Of a stretch of DNA of 47,794 nt, positions 15,669 through 25,392 are shown piece by piece. Below the pieces are notes generated by a model. It did no database searches, was not told the origin of the DNA, and saw nothing but the letters and a program-made list of their open reading frames with translations. Source of the DNA: Acetobacteraceae bacterium. Its GTDB lineage: Bacteria > Pseudomonadota > Alphaproteobacteria > Acetobacterales > Acetobacteraceae. The stretch covers positions 1-47,794 of the forward strand of contig DAIDIQ010000025.1 of NCBI GenBank assembly GCA_027459285.1, in the 5' to 3' direction. The number at the start of each line of letters is the position of its first letter. Positions within the stretch are counted from its first letter, which is position 1. Position numbers and translations under genes: made by a program.

Positions 15669-17239
15669 CCCCAGCCCGCGAAAAATTCGCGCAGCAGCGG
15701 CAGCAGCAGCACCCCACCCCACGCCAAGCCCTGCGCCTCGCCATCGCCCTCGCCGGGAGCCTTGGCTCGGCGCTCGCCTCGCCCGGCATCGCCGCCGCCG
15801 CGTCCACATCCGCGCCAGCCACGCCTGCCGCGGCGCCCGCGACGCCTGCCGCGCGCGCCATTGCCATTCCCGCCGGCACCGGTGTGCTGCTCCATCTCGC
15901 TCAGCCCATCACCACCGTGCTCTCGGCCGATCCCGCGACCGCCCGGGTTCAGCCCGCCTCGCCCACCACCTTGTTCCTGATGGGCGTTGCCCCCGGGGAG
16001 ACAACCGTCATCGCCACCAACGCCGCCGGCTCCGCGATCGCGCAATATGCGGTGCGGGTGACACCGGGTGCCCGCCGGGGAGCCGGCGCGGGCGCCGGCC
16101 TTTCCGCCCCATCCGCGCCGGCCGTGAAGCGCGTGACCCCGGCCGAGGCTGCCGCCGCGCAAACCGGCATCGCCCAGTCGGTCGCGGGTGCCGCGGCGGT
16201 GCGGGTGAAGCCCGCCGGCAGCGGCGTCATCCTCACCGGCATCGTGCCCACCGCCATTGCCGCCGAGCAGGCCGAGGCGATCGCCCGCGCCATCATCGGC
16301 GCCAAGGCGGACGTGATCGACCGGCTCACCGTGCTCGGCAGCCTTCAGGTCAATGTCCGCGTCCGCTTCGCCGAGATCGACCGCACCATCACCCGCCAAC
16401 TCGGCTTCAACTGGCAGGCGCTGGCCAATGGCAGCGCGTTTCGCTTCGGCCTGCAAACCGGCGCCGCCGCCTTGGGCCCGATCAGCGCGGTGCTGCCGCT
16501 CGGCCTGCCGCCGCAGCCCAACGCGCCTTCCCCCAACCAGATCGGCGGCGGCTTCACCTCCAACAACGGCACCTGGGATATCAACGGCGTGATCGACGCG
16601 CTCGCGGCCGACCAGTTGATCACCATTCTCGCCGAACCCAACCTCACCGCGCAGTCGGGCGAATCCGCCAGCTTTCTTGCCGGTGGTGAATTTCCGGTGC
16701 CGGTCGCCGGCTCCACCACCAACGGCTCGGTTCAGGTTACCGTGCAGTTCAAGGAATTCGGCGTCAGCCTCACCGTGGTGCCGACCGTGCTCTCGCCCAC
16801 CCGGCTCAATTTGCGCATCCGCCCCGAGGTCAGTCAGCTCACCAGCAATGGCGCGGTCAACCTGCCGCTCGCCGGCGGCACGCTGACCATTCCGGCGCTG
16901 ACCGTGCGCCGCGCCGAAACCACGGTCGAACTCGGCAGTGGCCAGAGCTTCGCCATAGCCGGCCTGCTCGAGCATACCAGCACCCAAACCAACGATACGC
17001 TGCCGGGCATCGGTGAAATTCCCGTGCTCGGCGCGCTGTTCCGCTCCAACAGTTTCCAGCGCGGCGAAAGCGAACTCGTGATCATCGTGACACCCTATAT
17101 CGTCAAGCCGGTCTCGAGCCCCAAGCGCCTGCATGCGCCGACCGACCATTACGCCGACGCGACCGATCTCGGCCGTATTCTCTACGGCAGGGAGATGCCG
17201 CTGACCGCGCCCCTCGATGCCGGATTCATCCTGAAATGA
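15665..17239 (+). CDS. cpaC: Secretin CpaC/RcpA
   Basis: 524 aa. It has a signal peptide, an N-terminal pilus-formation domain and a C-terminal secretin core (ILAEPNLTAQSGESASFLAGGEFPVPV, IPVLGALFRS). ATGA overlap with cpaB. Confidence 0.9.
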   Translation: MTPAREKFAQQRQQQHPTPRQALRLAIALAGSLGSALASPGIAAAASTSAPATPAAAPATPAARAIAIPAGTGVLLHLAQPITTVLSADPATARVQPASPTTLFLMGVAPGETTVIATNAAGSAIAQYAVRVTPGARRGAGAGAGLSAPSAPAVKRVTPAEAAAAQTGIAQSVAGAAAVRVKPAGSGVILTGIVPTAIAAEQAEAIARAIIGAKADVIDRLTVLGSLQVNVRVRFAEIDRTITRQLGFNWQALANGSAFRFGLQTGAAALGPISAVLPLGLPPQPNAPSPNQIGGGFTSNNGTWDINGVIDALAADQLITILAEPNLTAQSGESASFLAGGEFPVPVAGSTTNGSVQVTVQFKEFGVSLTVVPTVLSPTRLNLRIRPEVSQLTSNGAVNLPLAGGTLTIPALTVRRAETTVELGSGQSFAIAGLLEHTSTQTNDTLPGIGEIPVLGALFRSNSFQRGESELVIIVTPYIVKPVSSPKRLHAPTDHYADATDLGRILYGREMPLTAPLDAGFILK

Positions 17240-17586
17240 CACCGATGACACGCATAGGCCGGCTTGGTCTCGTGCTCGCCTTCATCGCCCCCCTCGCCGG
17301 ATGCGGCACGCCCGATCCGTTCGCGCAGCCCGGCACCTGGAGTGTCGAGGCGGGCGGCGACGTCAATGCCGAAAACCTCGCCGCCATGGTCGTCAACCCG
17401 CGCGACCTTTCGCATGGCGAGGCTGAATCCAGCTCTCTCGGCGCCGAGGCTGCGCCACCGGTCACGCGCCTGCTCACCGACAAGCGCACGCCGCTGCCCG
17501 CCACCAGCGCGTTGAGCATCGACCAGCTCGCCGCCTCGCCGCCGCCGCCGCCAACCCCGGGTGATGGCGCCAATGCCGGACAGTAG
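17236..17586 (+). CDS. cpaD: Small lipoprotein in the cpaD/rcpB position
   Basis: 116 aa. It has a lipobox (LAFIAPLAGC) and a Pro-rich tail. ATGA overlap with cpaC. The assignment rests mainly on position and lipoprotein signal. Confidence 0.55.
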   Translation: MTPMTRIGRLGLVLAFIAPLAGCGTPDPFAQPGTWSVEAGGDVNAENLAAMVVNPRDLSHGEAESSSLGAEAAPPVTRLLTDKRTPLPATSALSIDQLAASPPPPPTPGDGANAGQ

Positions 17587-18808
17587 CCCAGCCCTGCTCG
17601 CCGCCGCCGCGCCGGACCTTGCGCGCGATGGCGGCCCGACCGCCGGCTCGCGCGGCCGCGTGGTCGGGTTCGTGCTCGACGATGCCAGCAGCGATGCGCT
17701 GCGCACCGGCCTCGACGGCATCGAGCGAAAGCTCGACATCAAGCGCGGCGGCGTGCGCCAGGCCACCCGTTTCATGCAGAGCGAGACGGATATCCGTGCC
17801 GTCATCGTCGATATCGCCGACTGCGCCGATCCCATCGCCGGGCTCGAGGCGCTGGCCCGGGTCTGCCCGCCGGATGTGCGCGTCGCGGTGATCGGGGAGG
17901 CGACCGATATCGCCTTCTACCGCCTGCTCGTCACCACCATGGGCGTGACCGAATATCTGCCCAAGCCGGTGACCCGCGATGCGGTGCAGTCCGTTCTGCG
18001 GCCGCATCTGGTCGGCCAGGAACCAGGGCCATCGGCAATCCGCCAGGGCCATGTGATCGCGATCTGCGGTGCCCAGGGCGGGGCCGGAGCAACCACCATC
18101 ACCGTGAATTTGGCGCTGCAACTCGCGGATGCCACGCGCGGCTCGGTCGCCATCCTCGATCTCAACCTGCAGAACGGCGAAACCGGCGTGATGCTCGGCG
18201 TTCAGCCCGGCACTGGTCTGCGCAACGCGCTGGAGGACCCCGAACGCGCCGATGCGCTGCTGCTCGACCGGGTGGCGATTTCGGTGGGGCCGCGCGTGCG
18301 GCTGATCGCGGCTGACGAGGCGATCGATGCCGACCTGCGCATCACCGAGGCAGGCGTCTCTCATCTGCTCGGCCTGCTGCGACAGAAATTCAACAGCATC
18401 GTCGTCGACATGCCGATGCCCGTGCCACCGGCCATTCGCCCCGTGGTGGCCGCGGCACGCCACGTTTTCGTGCTGCTGGAGCCCGAGGTTACCGGCCTGC
18501 GCAATGCCCGCGCGCTGCGCGCCATGGTGACCGAAATCGCCGGCGTGAACCGGGTTTTCACCGTGCTGAACCGCGCCGACGGCCGTGGCGGCCTGACCCG
18601 CGCGCTGGTCGAAAAAGCGCTCGGCGCGCCGGTCGATTTCGTTATTCCCGATCTCGGCCGCAAGATGGTCGAGGCGGTCAATCTCGGCCAGCCGGCCCTG
18701 CACAGCGTGCCGATGCTGCGCCGCGCGCTCGCGGGCATGGTGCGGGAAGTCTCGGGCATCGCCGCGGATCCGCCGCGCTCCCTGCTCGGGAAACTCCTTC
18801 GGTCATGA
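17561..18808 (+). CDS. cpaE: CpaE/TadZ ParA/MinD-like pilus localisation ATPase with N-terminal receiver-like domain
   Basis: 415 aa. It has a pseudo-receiver N-domain, then a P-loop region, VIAICGAQGGAGATTITVNLA, with no Lys. An alternative ATG lies at 17573. It overlaps the cpaD end. Confidence 0.8.
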   Translation: MMAPMPDSSPALLAAAAPDLARDGGPTAGSRGRVVGFVLDDASSDALRTGLDGIERKLDIKRGGVRQATRFMQSETDIRAVIVDIADCADPIAGLEALARVCPPDVRVAVIGEATDIAFYRLLVTTMGVTEYLPKPVTRDAVQSVLRPHLVGQEPGPSAIRQGHVIAICGAQGGAGATTITVNLALQLADATRGSVAILDLNLQNGETGVMLGVQPGTGLRNALEDPERADALLLDRVAISVGPRVRLIAADEAIDADLRITEAGVSHLLGLLRQKFNSIVVDMPMPVPPAIRPVVAAARHVFVLLEPEVTGLRNARALRAMVTEIAGVNRVFTVLNRADGRGGLTRALVEKALGAPVDFVIPDLGRKMVEAVNLGQPALHSVPMLRRALAGMVREVSGIAADPPRSLLGKLLRS

Positions 18809-20133
18809 AAACCTTCGGCAAGCGCGCCCAGGCCGAGCCGCCGCCGCCGGCCGATACCGCCGGCCCGTCCGAGGATCGCCCGCTCGCCAGCGCGTCCCTG
18901 CGTGACCGCGTGCTGAAGCAGATCGATCCCTCCGCCGCCGCCAATCTCGGCACCGACATACTCGAGCGCGAGATCGAGGCGATCATTCACGACATCGCCA
19001 ACGCCGACCGGCTCGAGCTTTCCGGGCATGAGCAATTCCGCCTCGCCCGCGAGATCGCCAACGACATGACCGGCTATGGACCGCTGCAAATTCTGCTGCT
19101 CGACGATGATGTCAACGACATCATGGTCAACGGCCCCGCCAATATCTATGTCGAGCGGCGCGGCAAGCTCGAGCGCGCCGCCATCAGCTTCCGCGACAAC
19201 GCCCATATCATGTCGATCGCGCAGAAAATCGCGGCCCGCGTCGGTCGCCGCATCGATGAATCGAGCCCGATGGTCGATGCGCGCCTGCCCGATGGCAGCC
19301 GCGTCAATGTCGTTTTTCCGCCGCTCGCGATCGACGGCGCGTGCATCTCGATCCGCAAATTCCCTAAAAGCAGACTCAGTCTCGAGGGGCTCGTCGCCAA
19401 CGGTTCGATGACCCAGGGCGTCGCCCGCCTGCTCGAGATCGCCGCCCGTTGCCGCCTCAATATCCTGATCTCGGGTGGCACCGGCTCGGGCAAAACCACG
19501 TTGCTCAACGCCGTCAGCCAGTTCATCAGCCACCAGGATCGCATCATCACCATCGAGGACGCAGCCGAGTTGCAGTTGCAGCAGCCGCACGTGGTGCGCC
19601 TCGAAACCCGCCCCGCCAATCTCGAGGGCGCCGGCCAGATCAACCAGCGCGACCTGGTGCGCAACGCGCTGCGCATGCGCCCGGACCGCATCATTCTCGG
19701 CGAGGTGCGCGGCGAGGAGGCGTTCGATATGCTCCAGGCCATGAATACCGGCCATGACGGCTCGATCTCCACCGTGCACGCCAACACCACGCGCGACGCC
19801 ATTACCCGAATCGAGAACATGCTCCAGATGGGCCACGCCAATTTGCCGCTTGGCGCCATCCGCTCGCAGATCGTCAGCGCGCTCGATCTCATCGTCCAGC
19901 AGGAACGCATGCGCGACGGGCAGCGCCGGGTGCTGCAGATCACCGAAATTTGCGGGCTCGAGGGCGATATCGTCACCACGAACGACATCGCCCTGTTTCA
20001 GTTCGACCGCGAAACCCGCGAGGGTCGCCTCACCGGGCGTTATATCTCGACCGGCGGTGTGCCCGCCTTCATGGACCGCCTCGCCTATTTCGGCCTCGAC
20101 CGGGCCTGGGCCGAGGCGATGCGGCTGCTTTAG
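18805..20133 (+). CDS. cpaF: CpaF/TadA secretion ATPase
   Basis: 442 aa. Motifs are Walker A ISGGTGSGKTTLLNA, Walker B/Asp box RIILGEVRGEEAFDMLQAMNTGHDGS and His box. ATGA overlap with cpaE. Confidence 0.95.
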   Translation: MKTFGKRAQAEPPPPADTAGPSEDRPLASASLRDRVLKQIDPSAAANLGTDILEREIEAIIHDIANADRLELSGHEQFRLAREIANDMTGYGPLQILLLDDDVNDIMVNGPANIYVERRGKLERAAISFRDNAHIMSIAQKIAARVGRRIDESSPMVDARLPDGSRVNVVFPPLAIDGACISIRKFPKSRLSLEGLVANGSMTQGVARLLEIAARCRLNILISGGTGSGKTTLLNAVSQFISHQDRIITIEDAAELQLQQPHVVRLETRPANLEGAGQINQRDLVRNALRMRPDRIILGEVRGEEAFDMLQAMNTGHDGSISTVHANTTRDAITRIENMLQMGHANLPLGAIRSQIVSALDLIVQQERMRDGQRRVLQITEICGLEGDIVTTNDIALFQFDRETREGRLTGRYISTGGVPAFMDRLAYFGLDRAWAEAMRLL

Positions 20134-20135
20134 CC

Positions 20136-21083
20136 ATGCCGCACGGCCTGCTGCTGCCAGCGATTTTGCTGGCCCTCGCCATGCTCGGCAGCCTGCTCGC
20201 GCTGCGTCTCGGCGCGCGCAATGAGCGTCTCGGCCGCCAGATCTCGACCTTTGCCCAGCCCGCATCGCCCACGCTCGAAGCCCCGATGCAGCGCCTGCGC
20301 CGCAAGCCACCCGCATCGGGCCGCTCGGGCACGCTGCTGCACCATCTTCTCAACCACGACCCCGCCGGCCCGCGGGTCTGGCCGATGCCGCGCATCCTGG
20401 CACTGGGTGGCCTCGTCGGTCTCGCCGCCGCGGCCGTCAGCCATCTGGTGTTGCCGCTCTGGCTCGCGGTTCCGGTCGGGCTCGCGGCGGCGCTGGCCTG
20501 TCTGCGCGGCCTGTTCGGTTTCCTGCGCCGACGCTATGCCAATTCCCTTGTTAGACAATTGCCGGACACGATCCAACTGATCGTGAGCGCGGTGCGCGCC
20601 GGCATGCCGGCGACCGAGGCTTTCGGCATCGTCGCCCAATCCATGCCGGACCCGACGCGCGAACAATTCCGCCAGGTGGTCGATGATATCCGCCTCGGCC
20701 GCCCGGCCGAGGATGCGCTGCTCGATATTTTCGAGCGCACCCGCCTCGCCGAATACGCCATCTTTTCGGTCACGCTCTCGGTCCAGTCCAAGGCCGGCGG
20801 CCGGCTCGCCGAGACGCTCCAGATCATGGCCGATACCATCCGCGAGCGGATCAACCTTGCCGGCCGTGCCAAGGCGCTCGCCGGCGAGGCGGCACTTTCC
20901 GCGCGTGTGCTTTCCGCCCTGCCCTTCGTCGCCGGCGGCATTCTCTCGCTCGAGCGGCCGGGCTATCTCGATATTTTTCTCGTGGAGCGGCGCGGCCGCA
21001 TTCTGCTCGTCGTCGGCCTGTCCTTTCTCGCCGCCGGCACGCTGATGATGCGCCACATGATCCGCAAGGGAACCACCGTGTGA
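20136..21083 (+). CDS. tadB: TadB (T2SS F-family inner membrane platform protein)
   Basis: 315 aa from ATG 20136, 2 nt after the cpaF stop. It has a T2SSF-type domain (LPDTIQLIVSAVRAGMPATEAF) and TM helices. The track start at 19950 lies inside cpaF. Confidence 0.8.
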   Translation: MPHGLLLPAILLALAMLGSLLALRLGARNERLGRQISTFAQPASPTLEAPMQRLRRKPPASGRSGTLLHHLLNHDPAGPRVWPMPRILALGGLVGLAAAAVSHLVLPLWLAVPVGLAAALACLRGLFGFLRRRYANSLVRQLPDTIQLIVSAVRAGMPATEAFGIVAQSMPDPTREQFRQVVDDIRLGRPAEDALLDIFERTRLAEYAIFSVTLSVQSKAGGRLAETLQIMADTIRERINLAGRAKALAGEAALSARVLSALPFVAGGILSLERPGYLDIFLVERRGRILLVVGLSFLAAGTLMMRHMIRKGTTV

Positions 21084-22027
21084 GCGGGCATCGTTTTCTT
21101 GTCAGCGGCCTCGTCATGGCGGGGATCGTGCTGCTCGCCGGTCTCGCCTCGGCGCTGCTGATCCATGAGGCGCGGCGGCGCGACCTCGAATCCCGCGTCA
21201 TCGTCGCCACCATCGGCCGCGCCGCCCGGCCCGAGGCGCGCCTCGGGCCGCTCGACCTGCTGCGCTGGCTGGGCGATCTCGCGCGCCGCCGCGGGCGGCT
21301 TTATTCCAAGGCGGATCTCGACCATTTCCAGACCGTGATCGCCGCCGCCGGCTATAACCCGCGCCGCTTTCTGCCGGTGCTGCTGGGCGGCAAGCTCGCG
21401 CTGATGCTCGGCCTGCCGCTGCTCGGCCTCGTGCTCGGCACACTGCTCGGCGCAACCCTGCCGATCCGCGCGGTTTTGGTCGGGCTCGGCCTCATCATCG
21501 GCATGCTCGGGCCGGACTGGGCGCTCGGCTTCGCGCGGCGCGCCTATGTCGCCTCGCTGGAACGCGCCACGCCGGACGCGCTCGATCTGCTGGTCGTGTG
21601 CAGCGAGGCGGGCATGGGCCTTGAAAGCGCGCTCAGGCGCGTCTCCGGGGAAATGCACCGCTCGAACCCCGGCATGGCGCTCGCTCTCGCCAGCCTGCTC
21701 GACGATCTCAACCTGCTGCCCGACCGGCGCGCCGCCTTTCACGCCTTCTCGGCGCGGGTCCAGGTCGAGAGCCTGCGCCGCCTCGCCACCATGCTGTCGC
21801 AATCGCTGCAATTCGGCACCCCGCTCGGCCAGGCGCTGCGCGCGGTCGCCGCGGAACTTCGCCGCGAACGCGCCAACGCGCTCGAGGAGCGCGCGGTCAA
21901 GCTGCCGGCGCAACTCATATTCCCGCTCGTGCTGTTCATCATGCCCGCACTCTGGATCGTCCTGCTCGGACCTTCCTTCATGCGGCTGAGCGACGTGCTC
22001 GGCTCGGTCAGGTTCGGAGGACACTGA
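21080..22027 (+). CDS. tadC: TadC (T2SS F-family inner membrane platform protein)
   Basis: 315 aa. GTG start overlapping the tadB stop (GTGA). It has a T2SSF-type domain (TPDALDLLVVCSEAGMGLESAL). Confidence 0.8.
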   Translation: MSGHRFLVSGLVMAGIVLLAGLASALLIHEARRRDLESRVIVATIGRAARPEARLGPLDLLRWLGDLARRRGRLYSKADLDHFQTVIAAAGYNPRRFLPVLLGGKLALMLGLPLLGLVLGTLLGATLPIRAVLVGLGLIIGMLGPDWALGFARRAYVASLERATPDALDLLVVCSEAGMGLESALRRVSGEMHRSNPGMALALASLLDDLNLLPDRRAAFHAFSARVQVESLRRLATMLSQSLQFGTPLGQALRAVAAELRRERANALEERAVKLPAQLIFPLVLFIMPALWIVLLGPSFMRLSDVLGSVRFGGH

Positions 22028-22801
22028 ATGTCACCCACGCCCCCCCGCGCGCGCCCGGCCGTGCGCAAATTCCCTGGCCTCCCGTCGATGCTCGCGCTGT
22101 TGCTCGCGGTTGCCGGTTGCGCCGGCACGCAAACCGCCGCGGCACCCCAGATCAGTGCCGAGCAGCGGCTGAACCTTGCCCAGGAGGCCGAGAAATCCGG
22201 CGATATCGGGCTCGCCGCGGCGATGTATTCGGCGGCCGCGCAAGCCGCGCCGGGTAACGCCACCCTTCAGCTTCGCGACGCGGATTTTCTGGTACGGCGC
22301 GGTGATTTCGCCGCTGCCTACGCCCTGCTGCGCGACCGTCTCGGCGACGCCGACCACCCGAGACGACTGCGCCAGGCCATGGCCGCGATCGACACGCTGC
22401 GTGGCGACCCCACCCGCGCGCTCGTTGAATATGAGCGGCTCGCGCGAACCGCGCCGCACGATGCGGGCCTGCTGACCGACAAGGCGGTGGCGCTAGACCT
22501 GCTCGGCCGCCACACGACCGCCCAGGCGCTCTATCGCCAGGCCCTTGCGCGCAGCCCCGATGATCCGGCGGTGATCAACGATCTGGCGCTCTCGCTGCTG
22601 CTTTCGGGCCAACGGCGGCAGGCCCTCGCGCTGGTCGCCACGATCGCGGACCGCACCGATCTCAGCCCACGCGTGCGCAACGGGCTTGGCATCGTGCTCG
22701 CCGCCAACGACAAGCCTGACACGATCGCCGGCGGCAACAGCGCGGACCTCGCCCGCCTCGCCCAGGCCTTCCGCGCGCCAGGCCCGGATATCGCGCCATG
22801 A
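22028..22801 (+). CDS. tadD: TPR-repeat lipoprotein TadD
   Basis: 257 aa. It has a lipobox (LLLAVAGC) and TPR-like repeats. It starts directly after the tadC stop. Confidence 0.7.
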   Translation: MSPTPPRARPAVRKFPGLPSMLALLLAVAGCAGTQTAAAPQISAEQRLNLAQEAEKSGDIGLAAAMYSAAAQAAPGNATLQLRDADFLVRRGDFAAAYALLRDRLGDADHPRRLRQAMAAIDTLRGDPTRALVEYERLARTAPHDAGLLTDKAVALDLLGRHTTAQALYRQALARSPDDPAVINDLALSLLLSGQRRQALALVATIADRTDLSPRVRNGLGIVLAANDKPDTIAGGNSADLARLAQAFRAPGPDIAP

Positions 22802-23499
22802 CCGCGCTGCCCACCGCGGCGCCGGAGCGGCCCGGCCGGTGGCTGGCCCGACCGGGCATGCGCGGCGTCATCCACCTGCTCGGCAGCGCCTGGTTCCTTG
22901 GTTTGTTTCTGCTCGTGTTCAGCGGCGTGTTGCGCCACGCGCCACCCGCCGCCAACCTTCACCCCTTGCAGGTCTGGGGTAATTACCTCTCCCGCATCTG
23001 CCTTGCCGGCTTCTACCTGATCCTGTGGGTACTGCTGCTGATCCGCCTGCCGGCCATCACCGGCAGCCGCGCACCTCTGCCTATCGTGTTTGCTTTTATC
23101 GGCACCTACCTGCCCTGGATCATTCCGCTGATAAATGGCCGCCCGTCGCCCGCGCCGGTGCAATTCCTCTCGGTGCTATTGCTGCTCGCCGGCGGCGGCC
23201 TGATCATCGCGACCGTGCTCTATCTCGGCAAATCCTTCAGCCTGGTGCCGCAGGCACGCCGCCTGGTCACCACCGGCCCCTATCGCCTGATCCGCCACCC
23301 GCTTTACGTGGCCGAGGAAGTCTCGGTGCTCGGCGCGGCGCTTCATGCCGCCTCACCCTGGACCGCGCTGCTCCTGCTCGTTCATTGCGCCGTGCAATAT
23401 CGGCGCATGCGCTACGAGGAAGCAATTCTGGCCGATGTGTTCCCCGCCTACGCGGCGTATGCGCGGCGCACCGCCCGGGTTCTGCCCGGGATCTGGTGA
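22798..23499 (+). CDS. Isoprenylcysteine carboxyl methyltransferase (ICMT)/phospholipid methyltransferase family membrane protein
   Basis: 233 aa, polytopic. The hallmark motif is LVTTGPYRLIRHPLYVAEEV...RMRYEEAIL. ATGA overlap with the tadD stop. Confidence 0.75.
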   Translation: MTALPTAAPERPGRWLARPGMRGVIHLLGSAWFLGLFLLVFSGVLRHAPPAANLHPLQVWGNYLSRICLAGFYLILWVLLLIRLPAITGSRAPLPIVFAFIGTYLPWIIPLINGRPSPAPVQFLSVLLLLAGGGLIIATVLYLGKSFSLVPQARRLVTTGPYRLIRHPLYVAEEVSVLGAALHAASPWTALLLLVHCAVQYRRMRYEEAILADVFPAYAAYARRTARVLPGIW

Positions 23500-23773
23500 G
23501 GGCACCGCCGCCGCGACCTCTGGCGTGGCGGAGGAGGCGCGCGATTTCCGGCAACTTTCCAGCGCCCGCGCGGCGATGCCCGCGCGCGTAGTGATCGGCC
23601 AACTGGCTGCATCGAGGAATAATCGCGAGGCGACGGAAAGGTCGGGCCGCACGGATGTCGGTGACGTCTGGCACCTGGGCCTGCTCGGGCCGTCCGGAAT
23701 TCTGTCATGGTTGCGTGCCATCACATGATCCGCGCGAGAGGTTCGGCGGGGCATTTATCGGAAACCACGCCTG

Positions 23774-24517
23774 TCAGGCGTCCGCCGTGCCTTTGGCCGC
23801 CGCGCGATCGGCGAGAAAGACGATGTCGCCATACGGATCGAGCCGCGCCGCGGGCGCGGTGCTGTGCCCGCCCAGCACCTCCCGCAGAATGGCGCGCTTG
23901 CCCGCGCCACTGACCAGGAAGGCGATGTGGCGACTGGCGTTTATCGCCGGATAGGTCAGCGTGATCCGGCTTTGCGGCCGGCCATGCGAAACCGCCGCGA
24001 CCCAGCTTCGGCGCTCATCCAGCACGGGCTCGCCGGGGAGCAGCGAGGCGGTGTGTCCATCATCGCCAAGACCGAGCAGGGTGATATCGAACAGCGGGCA
24101 GCCGCACGCGATCTGTGCCTTGCCATAGGCTTTGCGCAAACCGTTCTCGTATCGGCTGACGGCCTCCTCGAGACCGAAACCCACGGTCGGCACCGGATGA
24201 ATATTCTCGGGCGGCACAGGGGCAGCGTCGAGCATCGCTTCCCGCGCCATGCGAAAATTGCTGTCCGGATGGTCGGGTGGCACAAAGCGCTCGTCGCCCC
24301 AGAACCAATGGACCCGTTGCCAGGGGAACCGATCGATCAGGCGCCGGCTGGCCAATTCCTGATAGGTGAGGCGCGGGGTTGAGCCACCGGCAAGGGCGAC
24401 GCGCACCGGCTTGGTTGTCTCCATTGCCCAGGTAAGAATCTGGTCCGCGGCCATGCGCGCGAGCGCCGCGGGCGTATCGGCAACACACAGTCTACCATAG
24501 GCCATCGACGCGTCCAT
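23774..24517 (-). CDS. pgl: 6-phosphogluconolactonase
   Basis: Motifs are VRVALAGGSTPRLTYQEL, WQRVHWFWGDERFVPPDHPDSN and LLGLGDDGHTASL. ATG 24517 has GGGGAGA 5 nt upstream. The track ORF starts at GTG 24541. Confidence 0.9.
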   Translation of the reverse strand: MDASMAYGRLCVADTPAALARMAADQILTWAMETTKPVRVALAGGSTPRLTYQELASRRLIDRFPWQRVHWFWGDERFVPPDHPDSNFRMAREAMLDAAPVPPENIHPVPTVGFGLEEAVSRYENGLRKAYGKAQIACGCPLFDITLLGLGDDGHTASLLPGEPVLDERRSWVAAVSHGRPQSRITLTYPAINASRHIAFLVSGAGKRAILREVLGGHSTAPAARLDPYGDIVFLADRAAAKGTADA

Positions 24518-24550
24518 TCGTATCTCCCCCGACCTTTCCACGGTCAGCCC

Positions 24551-25366
24551 TCATGCGGCGTGTTCATCGAGCAGGTAACGCTCGACGGCCTTGGCGAAGC
24601 CCTCATTATCGTAGCTGTCGGTAACCGCACTTGCCTGCGATTTCACCTCATCGCTCGCATTGCCCATGGCGATGCTGAAGCCGGAGCGACGGAACATCAG
24701 AACATCGTTCGGCATATCGCCGATCGTCGCGATCTGCTCGGCCGGAATGCCGAACTGCGCAACCAGCGTATCGACCACCGCGCCCTTGTTCGCGTCGGGA
24801 TGCGTGACATCGAGATAATAAGGCTGCGAGCGTTTCGCCGAGACGTGATCCCCCAGCACCGAGGCCATGTCCGTCTCGCATTTGGCGACCAGCGCCAGAT
24901 CGTCGCTTACGCCGACGATCTTCACCGCTTTTTCGAGGTCGGCGTCGGCATAGCGCGCAACCACGGTCGGGTCGAATTTCACCGTCCATGCCTCGCGCGC
25001 GACGTGCGGTGCGTCCTTCACGTGGATGAACCATTCCGTTCCGGTGTAAAGCCAGGCGTCCATTTTATGGTGCCGGATAATATCTATCGCCTGCCGCGCA
25101 ACCGGCAACGGCAGGCTGCGGGTTTCGATCACCGACATGTCGGGCCGCGCGAACACGCCGCCATTGAAGCCGGCGATCGGCCCCTCGAGGCGCAGCGGCT
25201 CGATCAGCATCGCCATGCCGCGCGGCGGACGGCCGCTGGTGACCGCGAACCGGATGCCCCGCGCACGCAGTTTCGCAACCGCTGCCTGGGCACGCTCGGT
25301 CAGGCGTTTCTGCTCATCGACCAGCGTGCCGTCGACGTCGGCGAGCAGTAGCGCGATGCGCGGCAT
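24551..25366 (-). CDS. Cof-type HAD-IIB family phosphatase
   Basis: 271 aa. Motifs are DVDGTL, VTSGRP and GDMPNDVLMF. Confidence 0.8.
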   Translation of the reverse strand: MPRIALLLADVDGTLVDEQKRLTERAQAAVAKLRARGIRFAVTSGRPPRGMAMLIEPLRLEGPIAGFNGGVFARPDMSVIETRSLPLPVARQAIDIIRHHKMDAWLYTGTEWFIHVKDAPHVAREAWTVKFDPTVVARYADADLEKAVKIVGVSDDLALVAKCETDMASVLGDHVSAKRSQPYYLDVTHPDANKGAVVDTLVAQFGIPAEQIATIGDMPNDVLMFRRSGFSIAMGNASDEVKSQASAVTDSYDNEGFAKAVERYLLDEHAA

Positions 25367-25392
25367 GCGATGCCCCTCTATCTCTCTGTGTG

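Noticed and set aside
15623-17251. 542-aa minus-strand ORF
   Set aside because: It is antisense to the cpaC secretin gene, has low-complexity Gly/Arg/Ala composition, and would break the tightly coupled cpa operon.
18361-20316. 651-aa minus-strand ORF
   Set aside because: It is antisense to cpaE and cpaF. The plus-strand frames carry Walker A/B motifs.
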